64,000 nt of DNA from Candidatus Latescibacterota bacterium (GTDB lineage Bacteria; Latescibacterota; UBA2968; UBA8231): the NCBI GenBank assembly GCA_965203175.1, contig OZ241867.1, positions 4,096,001-4,160,000 on the forward strand, given 5' to 3'. The notes below the pieces were generated by a model. It did no database searches. It was given only the letters and a program-made list of their open reading frames with translations, and was not told where the DNA came from. Below, one piece after another: positions 28,500 through 37,454 of the stretch (the stretch's first letter is position 1; every line of letters starts with the position of its first letter). A program made the translations under genes and the position numbers.

Positions 28500-28862
28500 T
28501 GGTCTCCACGAATAGGTGTCTGTGAGATTCGTGGGCTTCTGGCTGCATTTGTCTCAGCACTGCTGAGACTTTTGGCGGACTAAGTACGGTCCGCTCGAAC
28601 AAGGCCCCTCGGAATTGGCGCTCCAATTCCCGTTTACTCCATTTTTCGCGGATCGCCGTTTTCAGGTAAAACTCGCGTTCTTCCGGGGTTTTACTCTGCG
28701 ATAGGATGATGAGGTTGTGCGTCCAGGGTAATTGTGGCACCAGTGGTGGCACTTTCTAATCGCCCCGATACGTCGCGTAAAATTGCCGCATCCGAAATAA
28801 GTTTCGCCGCGTAAATCCACGCAGCCCGGCCTGCGTGGATTTGAGGTACTTAGCCAGTTTAG
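28500..28862 (-). pseudogene. DUF1016/YhcG-family fragment
   Basis: Reads 'LAKYLKSTQAGLRGFTRRNLFRMRQFYATYRGD*KVPPLVPQLPWTHNLIILSQSKTPEEREFYL...WSKRELERQF' with an in-frame TAG at 28756-28758. The N-terminus and the PD-(D/E)XK domain are missing. Confidence 0.8.
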
Positions 28863-28915
28863 AATAAGAATTTTTCCTTTGCAATTTCAGGGCGAAGATA
28901 CAGGTTTAGGTCTTC

Positions 28916-29137
28916 TTACTTGAGCAAGTTAAGCACTTTTGCCTGTGCAGATTCCGTAATCGAATCCCGAATGAAGTCACTAGCTCTGAGAATTTCAATA
29001 CCAATGAGCTCTCCCTTATCATTGTATTCTGCTGTTATATTGGGACTAAGTTCGATACTGCCGTTTTCTGGATCGTCAGAGATCGACAAGTATAAAATAT
29101 TTTCTTGCTCAAAATACCTCAGCTTCGCCTTATCCAT
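28916..29137 (-). CDS. DUF2283-domain small protein (putative antitoxin)
   Basis: 'LRYFEQENILYL...ELSPNITAEYNDKGELIGIEILRAS'; AT-rich relative to the flanks. Confidence 0.8.
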   Translation of the reverse strand: MDKAKLRYFEQENILYLSISDDPENGSIELSPNITAEYNDKGELIGIEILRASDFIRDSITESAQAKVLNLLK

Positions 29138-29156
29138 TTTTCATTTTTTTATTTTA

Positions 29157-31880
29157 TCAGACCTCGCTCTCGACCAACGCCTCGATGCGTACAGGACAGA
29201 CCTTGAGCTCGGCGGTGTGGGTGACGGGGTCGTAGCCGGAGCCGGTGAGGATGTTGATTGGCACGTCGTTGAAGCTGAAGCTGGCAAAAACTGTGCCGCG
29301 CGGCGAGCGGGTGGTGCCCTTGACGCGGATTTCAATGGCACCGCGTGCGCTGGACAGGCGGCACAAGTCTCCGTCTTCGAGGCCCCAAGCGGTGAGGTCT
29401 TCGGGATGGGCTTCGAGGCGCTCTTCGGCGAGTAGGTAGTCGATCCCTTGGGAGCGACCAGTCTGGGTGCGGGTGTGGTAGGCTTGGAGTCGGCGGCCGG
29501 TCGTCAGCCAGACTGGGAACTCGGCCGAAATGGTCTCGGCCGGGTCGCGGTAGCGGATGATCTTGAAAAGGCCGCGGCCGTTTCTGAAGGCTCCCTCGTG
29601 CAAAATCGGCGTCCCCGGGTGGTCCTTTTCGGGCACGGGCCAGTGGTACTCGCCCTTGTCGATCCGCTCCCAATCGAGGCCAGCGTAGATGGGCGAGAGG
29701 CCGCACAGTTCGTTGAACACGTCCTCGGCCGAGGTGTAGTCGAAGCCGCTAAAGCCTAGCCGCTGGGCGAGCTGACTTATGATCCACCAGTCGGGTTTGG
29801 CCTCGCCGGGCGGGGGCACGGCTTGGCGCAGGCGCTGGACCCGACGCTCGGTGTTGGCACAGCTCCCGTCGGTCTCGGCAAAGGCGCTGGCAGGGAAGAC
29901 CACGTCGGCCAGCGCCGCAGTCTCGGTGAGGAAGATGTCGATGACCACGAGGTGATCTAGGCTCTTGAGGGCGTGCTCGCAGTGATGGCGGTCTGGGTCG
30001 GAGACGAGGGTGTTTTCGCCGTCGATAATCATGGCAAAAATCTCGGTGCCGCAGCGGTTGAGCGCTTGGACTTTGGTGATGCCTTTGTCCAAGTCCATCT
30101 CCCGCCCGTAGAGCGCGGTGAATTTTTCCTTGTTTTCAGGCTGGTCAGTCGGTTGGAAGCCGGGATAATTGGACGGGACGGCCCCGGAGTCGCCGGCACC
30201 TTGAATGTTGTTCTGCCCGCGCATGGGGTTGATGCCAGTGCCCTCGCGGCCGATGTTGCCGGTCATCAGGGCGAGATTGCACAGGCTTTGGACGTTGTCC
30301 ACGCCGCAGATGTGCTCGGTGATGCCGAGGGTGTAGTAGATGCCGGATTTGTCGGCGGCACCGTACCAACGGGCGGCTTGTTCAATGTCTGCGGCAGGCA
30401 CCTCGGTAATGGTCGAAGCCCACTCGGGAGTGAACTCGACGACGTGCTCTAGGAATTGCTCAAAATCGGCTGTGCGCGCTTCCATAAAGTCGCGATCTAC
30501 TAAGTCGTCGCGGACGATCACGTGGGCCATGGCCAACAGCAAGGCCACGTCCGAGCCGACGCGGATGGGCAGGTACAGATCGGCCATATCTGCGAGGTCG
30601 GTCTTGCGCGGGTCGGCGACGATCATTTTGGCCCCGCGCTTGAGAGCCTTTTTGATGCGCGTGGCCGCGACCGGATGGCACTCGGTCATGTTGGTGCCGA
30701 TGCAGAAGATCAGGTCCGGTTTGTCCATGTCGGCCAAGGGGTTCGACATGGCACCGCGTCCGATGGTGGCTGCCAGACCGGCAACCGTGGGGGCGTGTCA
30801 GGCACGGCTACAGTTGTCTATGTAGTGCGTGCCGTAGCCTCGGCGGATGAATTTTTGCAGACAGTAGTTGGCCTCCGACGGTGTGCGGCCAGAGGCGACG
30901 CCGTAGATGGCGTGGCGGCCGTGCTCGGCGAGGACCTTGGCAAAGCCTTGGGCGGCGCGGTCGAGCGCGGTGTCCCAATCGGTGGGGTGAAGCTGACCGT
31001 CCTCGCCGCGGACTAGGGGCTGTGCGAGCCGGTCGCTGTGCTGGACGAAGTCAAAGGCAAACTGGCCTTTGATGCACAGCGCGCCCTCGTTGGCTGGGCC
31101 GTCCATGGCCGGTTGGATGCCGACGAGTTTATCCTCTTTGGACAGCAGATCCACTGAGCAGCCAACGCCGCAGTACGGGCAGACCGAGCGGGTCTTTTCG
31201 ATCTCGCCGGGCAGGTCGGCGGCGCGCAGGGCCTTTTTGTCGGCGAGGGCACCGGTGGGGCAGGTCTGGACGCATTGGCCGCAGAAGGTGCAGGACGAAT
31301 CCTTGAGCAGGCCATTGAACTCGGTGGTGATCTGCTTGTGGAAGCCGCGCCCCATCGCGGCAATGGCGTGGTCGCCTTCTTGCTCGGCGCAGACGCGGAC
31401 GCAGCGGTTGCACGAGATGCACAAGTCGTAGTCGCGCAAGATGAAGGGGTTGTCGTCGGTGGGATGCGCCTGGCCCGATTGCGCGCCTTGGAAGCGGCCG
31501 GAGCGGGCTTGGTAGCGGTCGGCGAGGTCGGTTAGCTCTTGCGAAGCGTACCCGCGCAGGGGATCCACCTCGACTTCGCGGTTTTCCGAGACGACCATTT
31601 CCAGCAGCGTCTTGCGGTGCTTTTCGATGGCCGCGGTCGCCGTTTTGACGACCATGCCGGGCGCAGCTTGCGACGTGCAGGAGGCGACCGGATTGCGCGC
31701 TCCTTCGACTTCGACCACGCAGAGCCGGCAGGCCCCAAAAGATTCTAAGCGCGGATCGTAGCAAAGGGTGGGAATATCGCGGCGATGGCGTTGGGCGACC
31801 TCGTAGAGGGTCTCGCCAGGAGCAAAGGCGACTTCTTCGCCGTCTAAGGTCAGGGTGTGTTGTTTACCATTGGTATCCAT
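29157..31880 (-). CDS. fdhF: Selenocysteine-containing formate dehydrogenase alpha subunit (Mo/W-bisPGD; N-terminal 2Fe-2S and 4Fe-4S domains)
   Basis: ORFs 30798-31898 and 29157-30749 are in the same frame, joined by TGA (30798-30800): 'DNCSRA-U-HAPTVAGL'. Also 'CPYCGVGC', 'RGQNNIQG', CxxCxxC clusters; ATG 31880 preceded by GAGGA. Confidence 0.9.
30768..30786 (-). promoter_or_regulatory. Bacterial SECIS hairpin
   Basis: GGUUGCC-GGUCU-GGCAGCC starts 11 nt after the UGA and closely resembles the E. coli fdhF SECIS (GGUUGCAGGUCUGCACC). Confidence 0.85.
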
Positions 31881-31894
31881 GTAAAGGTCCTCGT

Positions 31895-33553
31895 TCAAGC
31901 GCAGACGCGCTGGGCTACTTGGTCTGGAAAGTACTTGAGGAGGCTATCGGTGATAAAGGGGGCGGCCACGCCGAGGCCGCAGGCGCTGGTGGACTTCATG
32001 ACGTCGCCGATATCTTCTACTTCGGAGCGCCAAGTTGCTAGGTCCGCAGGTCCTTCGCCATCAAGCCGCTCGGTCAGCCGCTGGGTGCCGATGCGGCAGG
32101 GGAAGCACTTGCCGCAGGATTCCTCAGCAAAAAAGGCCATGGCTTGGCGGGCAATATCCACCATATCGCGGTGGTCGTCAAAGGCCATGATGCCGCCCGC
32201 GCCGAGCATAGAACCGCGAGCGCGGACTGCCGGTTCGTCAAGGGTGGTATTAAGGTCGTCGCCCGCGAGAAAACCGCCCGAGATGCCGGCCATAGTAACG
32301 GCTTGGATCTGACGGCCCGGCTCCGGCCCGCCCGCCCACTCGTGGAGCAAGGTGTTGAGGGGCAGGCCAAAGGGGACTTCGTAATTGCCCGGCCGCTGCA
32401 CGTCGCCCGACAGGCTAATGACCTTGGTGCCCGGATGGTCGTCGAGGCCCAACGAGCGATACCACGCGGCACCGCGCCGCACGATCGGGGGCACCGAGGC
32501 CAAGGTTTCGACGTTGTTGACGGCCGTGGGCAAGTCTTCAAAACCGTGCGTTACCGGGTAGGGCGGACGATTGCGCGGATAGGGATGTTTGCCTTCGAGG
32601 CTGTTGAGTAAAGAACCTTCCTCGCCGCAGATGTACGCGCCAGCGCCGCGGCGGATGTGGAGCGCACAAGAGAAGTCGCTGCCGAGAATGTGCTCGCCGA
32701 TCAGGTTGGCGGCGCGGGCCTCGGCTATCGCGTTGGCGAGGATGGCGTTGATTTCTGGGTATTCGTAGCGCAGATAGATAAAGGCGCGGGTTGCACCGGT
32801 GGCGTACGCGGCGAGAAGCATGCCTTCGATGACCGCGTGTGGATCCCATTCGAGGAGGGCGCGGTCTTTAAAGCAGCCCGGCTCGCCCTCGTCGGCATTG
32901 CAGACGACGGTTTTGGGCGCGCCTGGGGCCTCGGCGACGGCCTGCCACTTCTGGCCGGTGGGAAAGCCCGCGCCGCCCCGGCCGGCGAGTTGGCTATCGG
33001 CAATGAGGGCCACCAGCTCGGCAGGTTCTCCGGCGAGGGCTTGTTGCAGTGCTTGATACCCGCCGGTTTGGCGATAACCGGATAGGGTGGCGCGGCCGGG
33101 GGTGCGAATGTCGGCAAAGACGCATTCTTCGTACCCGCCGGGATTGGGCACAGGCAGGGGTGAGGGACTGGGTGCAAGGGTTTCTGCGTCGGTCCCGACC
33201 AGCACTTGCTGGCCTTTAATGACCGGAATGGGATCGTCGCAGCGGCCGGCGCACGGCATGGGCGTGGCGTCGGCGAGGCTGGCGCAGAGCGCATCGGCTC
33301 CACGCAGTGCACATATTGGGCCGGTGCAGACGCGCGGGGCACTTTGGCCGGGCGCTTGGCGGGCGAAGTGGTGGTAAAAGGTAACGGTGGCGAAAAGCTC
33401 GGCGAGGGGGACTTTCAGGCCCGTTGATACGGCCTTGAGCGCTTCCTCCGACAAATAGCCGTCGCGGTCGTGGAAGGCGTGCAGGAGCGGCAAGAGGGGA
33501 GCGGTTTCGCGCTGCCAGCGTGCGACGAGCGCGTCGTTTGTAGGGGAGATCAA
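31895..33553 (-). CDS. NuoE-NuoF fusion (NAD+/FMN diaphorase subunit of the formate dehydrogenase)
   Basis: NuoE-like 'TFYHHF...CTGPIC...CAGRC'; NuoF motifs 'GRGGAGFPTG', 'NADEGEPG', 'GAYICGEE', 'ESCGKCFPCRIG', 'SACGLG'. Confidence 0.9.
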   Translation of the reverse strand: MISPTNDALVARWQRETAPLLPLLHAFHDRDGYLSEEALKAVSTGLKVPLAELFATVTFYHHFARQAPGQSAPRVCTGPICALRGADALCASLADATPMPCAGRCDDPIPVIKGQQVLVGTDAETLAPSPSPLPVPNPGGYEECVFADIRTPGRATLSGYRQTGGYQALQQALAGEPAELVALIADSQLAGRGGAGFPTGQKWQAVAEAPGAPKTVVCNADEGEPGCFKDRALLEWDPHAVIEGMLLAAYATGATRAFIYLRYEYPEINAILANAIAEARAANLIGEHILGSDFSCALHIRRGAGAYICGEEGSLLNSLEGKHPYPRNRPPYPVTHGFEDLPTAVNNVETLASVPPIVRRGAAWYRSLGLDDHPGTKVISLSGDVQRPGNYEVPFGLPLNTLLHEWAGGPEPGRQIQAVTMAGISGGFLAGDDLNTTLDEPAVRARGSMLGAGGIMAFDDHRDMVDIARQAMAFFAEESCGKCFPCRIGTQRLTERLDGEGPADLATWRSEVEDIGDVMKSTSACGLGVAAPFITDSLLKYFPDQVAQRVCA

Positions 33554-33746
33554 GCTAGATACCTTTTATTTCGTAGCCGCCGGAAGGCGACCGCATTTGC
33601 GTATATAGATGAATAATTTAGGAGTTGCGCCAACGGGGGGCAACTGAGCACGGCGGCTGCGCGTAGGGCTAGCTATAAGCGGTTAAACGGAGCCGAAGTA
33701 CTCAACGCCGTACAAGCCGCTTAGTCTCGGTGGCGCACTCTTGGCC

Positions 33747-33783
33747 CGCTCCCCATCGACTGCGGCTTGGTCGGTGGGGAGCG
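33747..33783. terminator. GC-rich hairpin downstream of 33823-36837
   Basis: cgctccccatcgac ... gtcggtggggagcg (14-bp stem, one wobble or mismatch); no clear U-tract. Confidence 0.4.
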
Positions 33784-33822
33784 AGCCTCCCGTTGGTCCT
33801 AACAAAGCGGCCGGGGTGTGTG

Positions 33823-36800
33823 CTACTTGAGCAACAGCATCTTCTCGACTGCGAGGAACTTTCCACCGGCTTGGAGACGGTAGAAATAGATCCCCGCCGA
33901 CACGCTGTGCCCGCTGTCGTCGGTCGCGTCCCACTCTACTGTGTAGTGCCCGGTGCTCTGGTGCTCGGCGACGAGGGTGCGAACCGCTTGGCCAACGACA
34001 TTATAGACGGTCAATTCTACATCCATCGCGGTCGGTAGCGCATATTTGATCGTCGTCGTTGGGTTGAACGGGTTCGGATAGTTATGCGATTCAAACGTCA
34101 GCAGCGGGTTGACGCCCTTGGCGGAGGCTAGGGACGGTATCTCTGCATTGGTCAGGGTGATGGTTGCCGAGCCGCCAGCCAAACCCTCAATCGCACTGTT
34201 GAGCGCGATCGTCTCGTTGCCCTCGTCCTCGTCGTCGGCGATTGGATCGATGAAGAGGGATACCGCACCCGCTATCGAGCCGGCCGGAATCACAAGTAGC
34301 GGATCGAACAGCGCGGAGTAATCCAGATCGCGCTGGGCGGACGAAGCAGCGTCGATGGAGAGCTTCACGGCCGCGTCTTGGGGCAACGCCTTGCCGTCCA
34401 AGGTCGCCGTTATTGTAATCTCGGTCTTCCCGGCCCCCTCCTGTACCGTGTGTGGATTCACCGACAGCGCGATGGACGTACTCGCCGTTTCGTCGTCGTC
34501 GATCTTTATATCCGTCTGGGCTGAGCCACCGGATGCGGTGGCCTGCACCCCTAGGAACGTATCGCCATCTACCTCGTCGTTGTCGAAGGGGGTAAGGCGC
34601 AGCGTCGTCGTCGCTTGGGTCGCGCCGGCCGCAATGGGCACCGACCCCTCCAGTACTGCGGAGTAATCCGCATCGCGCACGGCCACTGTGCCTTGGGTGG
34701 GTACGGCAATGGTGAAGTACACGGTCTCGGCAGCGGGGGCGGCCGCAGCCAAGGTCGCGGTCAGGGTGATTTCCGTCGTCTCTCCATCCTCGCGCAGCGA
34801 CGAATGCGTTGACGTCACGCTAGCGACTGCAACCACGGGCGGCGGTGCCTCAACGACTGCGATTTTGAAGGTCATGGCCCTGCTTTCGGGCTTGGCTTCG
34901 TCGCCGTCGATCACCGTGTAGATGATGGTGGCTGTTCCGACCGCGGTCGGCGTGCCGGCAATCGTCCGCGTGGCTCGGTCAAACGACAGGCCGGCGGGCA
35001 GAGTGCTTGAGACGCTGTACGTCAGGTCGCCATCGCCGGTAGCTGGCGGCAGTTCGAGTGGTCGCATCGCCTTGCCAACCGCGACCGAGATGTCCGACTG
35101 GTTCTCGACGAAGGCCGGGGTTGTGTCGCCTGTCGGACTTACAGCCGCCCACGCACCCGTGTCTTTCAGCGCGATCGTCGCGGTGCTGACCGCGATTTCC
35201 TTCTTATCGTCGTTTTTGGGATTTTTCATCGCCTTTAGGATGATCTTCTCGTCTGCGTCCTCTATCCCGTCGTCTTTTGGGGTGATAGAGATGGTCTGCG
35301 ATCCCTGCGCTTGGCCGGCCGGAATCGTCACCGAACGAAGGAGCGATATGTAGTCGATATCGTGCGTCGCCGTAGCAGCATCACTCGTATCGAGGGCCAA
35401 GACTACGGTCACGTCCTTGGCCAATACCTTGCCGTCTAAAGTTGCGGTCACTGCAATTTCCGTTTCGCCGGCGTCCTCCCTCAGTTCATTAGTACTCACC
35501 TCCAGCGTTATGTGCTCGCTCGTGGTCTCGTCGTCGGTGATCTTGATCGCCGCGTTCATAAGCGCGGTTCCGACCTTAGCCGTCAGCTTGAAAGCCTTCG
35601 CCGCATTCACCCGCTCGTTGTCGATGGGGGTCAGGGTAAGCGTCGTCGTTCCCACGGTCTCGCCCTGCCGAATAGTGAGACTGCCTACGGTCGCGGTGTA
35701 ATGTGCATCGCGCACCGCCGGCTCTGCATCTGAGAGAAAGGCGTTGAGGGCGTCGTTGTCGCTAATGTCGTCAACATGGGCCGCCATAGTAAACAGCACC
35801 TTGGCGTCTGCCGCTAGGGAGTCCTGCAACTCAACCGTCAGCGCGATGTTTGTCGGCCCCTGATCCTCGCGTATCGCGTTAGGTCTCGCCGTCAGTCCTT
35901 TAATAGCCGCAGCCGGAGGATCCTTTAGCTCGATTTGGCGGTGGCCAATGGTTATGCGGTCGCCGCGTTGGTTCGTAGCGGACTTACCGTCCAAGTCGAT
36001 AACATTTAGAGGAACCTCGGCATCTAACGTGGCGTTGGGATCGCGCTTACCCACTAGCCGGATGATGCCAGTTCCTTTGTTCTTGGGAGCGATGGTAATC
36101 GTCGTCTGGCCCGACGCCTTGTTCTTTGGAATTGTTATACGGCCCAAGTTCGTCGCCGTGTAATCCACATCGCGCACCGCGTGATCGGGTGCGGCCTGAA
36201 TGCCCAAGTTAAAAGGCAGGGGCATGGTTAGCACCTTTCCGTTTAATTCTGCTCTTACGACGATATGGGTCGCATCCGCCTCCTTGCTGAGCGCGGACTT
36301 AGAAACCGAGAGGGTGATATTGGTGCTTGCCTTGTCGTCGTCGATCAAGCGCAGAAGCGGCCCGGGGGCGACTGTGTGAACACCGGCATTGCCCGTGATT
36401 TGGAGAACGAGGTCGTCGCCGTCGCCTGGGTCATTCTTAGTAGGGTCGTCGCAGGCCCCTTCGCCTTCGTCGTGTGCATCGTTTCCTTTGCGATCATCGT
36501 CAATGGGAATGAAGATGATCGTCCCAGTCGCTGCGCTCTTGCCCGCTGGAATAATGAGCGTGGGCAGCGTTAGGCGGTAGCGACTGTTGAGTCTAAAATC
36601 ACAACTCTCTGGGCTTTCGATCTCCAAGGTCACATAGATATCTTTTTCGACGGTCTCGACCTGATCGTCAGCGTAATTTCGGGCTGTTACCTCGATTTCG
36701 GTCTCACCGGCATCCTCGCGGACGAAGACAGTGTCTCTGGGGGAGTAGCCGTGCTTCAGCGTTAGCTTAATGTCCGCTCCTGCTTCACTAGCCCATCCCA

Positions 36801-36837
36801 ACGCCACTAGCCACAGCAACAACTGCGTGCGAATCAT
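33823..36837 (-). CDS. Secreted repetitive surface protein: ~6 Calx-beta-like modules, one putative Ig (He_PIG-like) domain, T9SS type-A-like/FlgD CTD
   Basis: AGGAGG RBS; signal peptide; repeats '[VLI]REDxGxTxIxxTA...A[VT]RDxDY...TIPAG'; 'LPAGLSFDRATRTIAGTPT'; 'NYPNPFNPTTTIKY...GIYFYRL...KMLLLK'. Confidence 0.8.
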   Translation of the reverse strand: MIRTQLLLWLVALGWASEAGADIKLTLKHGYSPRDTVFVREDAGETEIEVTARNYADDQVETVEKDIYVTLEIESPESCDFRLNSRYRLTLPTLIIPAGKSAATGTIIFIPIDDDRKGNDAHDEGEGACDDPTKNDPGDGDDLVLQITGNAGVHTVAPGPLLRLIDDDKASTNITLSVSKSALSKEADATHIVVRAELNGKVLTMPLPFNLGIQAAPDHAVRDVDYTATNLGRITIPKNKASGQTTITIAPKNKGTGIIRLVGKRDPNATLDAEVPLNVIDLDGKSATNQRGDRITIGHRQIELKDPPAAAIKGLTARPNAIREDQGPTNIALTVELQDSLAADAKVLFTMAAHVDDISDNDALNAFLSDAEPAVRDAHYTATVGSLTIRQGETVGTTTLTLTPIDNERVNAAKAFKLTAKVGTALMNAAIKITDDETTSEHITLEVSTNELREDAGETEIAVTATLDGKVLAKDVTVVLALDTSDAATATHDIDYISLLRSVTIPAGQAQGSQTISITPKDDGIEDADEKIILKAMKNPKNDDKKEIAVSTATIALKDTGAWAAVSPTGDTTPAFVENQSDISVAVGKAMRPLELPPATGDGDLTYSVSSTLPAGLSFDRATRTIAGTPTAVGTATIIYTVIDGDEAKPESRAMTFKIAVVEAPPPVVAVASVTSTHSSLREDGETTEITLTATLAAAAPAAETVYFTIAVPTQGTVAVRDADYSAVLEGSVPIAAGATQATTTLRLTPFDNDEVDGDTFLGVQATASGGSAQTDIKIDDDETASTSIALSVNPHTVQEGAGKTEITITATLDGKALPQDAAVKLSIDAASSAQRDLDYSALFDPLLVIPAGSIAGAVSLFIDPIADDEDEGNETIALNSAIEGLAGGSATITLTNAEIPSLASAKGVNPLLTFESHNYPNPFNPTTTIKYALPTAMDVELTVYNVVGQAVRTLVAEHQSTGHYTVEWDATDDSGHSVSAGIYFYRLQAGGKFLAVEKMLLLK

Positions 36838-37377
36838 TACTCAACCTCCTTTTCCACAGGAAAGTATTCCTGCTTGTGAAAGTGGAAATTTTAACGGAGG
36901 GACGGTCTTGTCTGTCCTCGGCACACAGAGGGAGCCAAGGCATACGCCGCTGCGAAAATAGGACTGTACAGACCGCTAGCGCCCGACAGCGAGTGGAGTG
37001 CGAAGGTGAGTGGCGATCCCTTGGCGAAATCCGAGAGATCGAGGCCTAATGAAGGAGGAAATAGGGGAGAGTAAGTGTTTGTTTTAAGGAAACTTACGGT
37101 GTATTGATGGGAAGTCTTAGAACTGGAAGGGAAATGTAGCCACAGCAGTAGGATCTGCCGGCGGCAACGTCGTATTAGGTGTTGGTTATATCTTCCCGGT
37201 TATCCCTCGACGAGCGGGAACTCCGTTGTGGTACTACGCCAAAAAGGGTAGTGAAAAAGCAAAGGTGTTGTCAAGGAGGTTGCCGAGAATAGAGCGTCGA
37301 TTGGGACTGGAGTGCGGTTTAGTGCTCGCACCAATACCTTTAGGCGGGGCATCTGCGAAAGTTTGACGCAGTATGGT

Positions 37378-37412
37378 ACACGTATATTTTTACCCTATAA
37401 AAATATGCGTGT
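37378..37412. promoter_or_regulatory. 15-bp inverted repeat (putative operator) overlapping the probable promoter of the AAA ATPase
   Basis: acacgtatattttta-cccta-taaaaatatgcgtgt (one mismatch), just downstream of TTGACG (37363-37368). Confidence 0.55.
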
Positions 37413-37454
37413 GAGAATTTTATCACGGTTGTATTATGTGCGTAGAGGAATGAC

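Noticed and set aside
28756-28758. In-frame TAG in DUF1016 as pyrrolysine or stop-codon reassignment
   Set aside because: The gene is truncated at both ends and TAG ends many intact genes in this window; a simple GAG>TAG lesion is more likely.
30750-30800. fdh alpha as a nonsense pseudogene or two separate genes
   Set aside because: The TGA is at the catalytic Sec/Cys position and is followed by a SECIS, so recoding explains it.
33785-33793. GCCTCCCGT, a Moco riboswitch core word, near the fdh operon
   Set aside because: It is on the opposite strand to the fdh operon and lacks the downstream GGAAAGG and other Moco elements, so it is probably coincidental.
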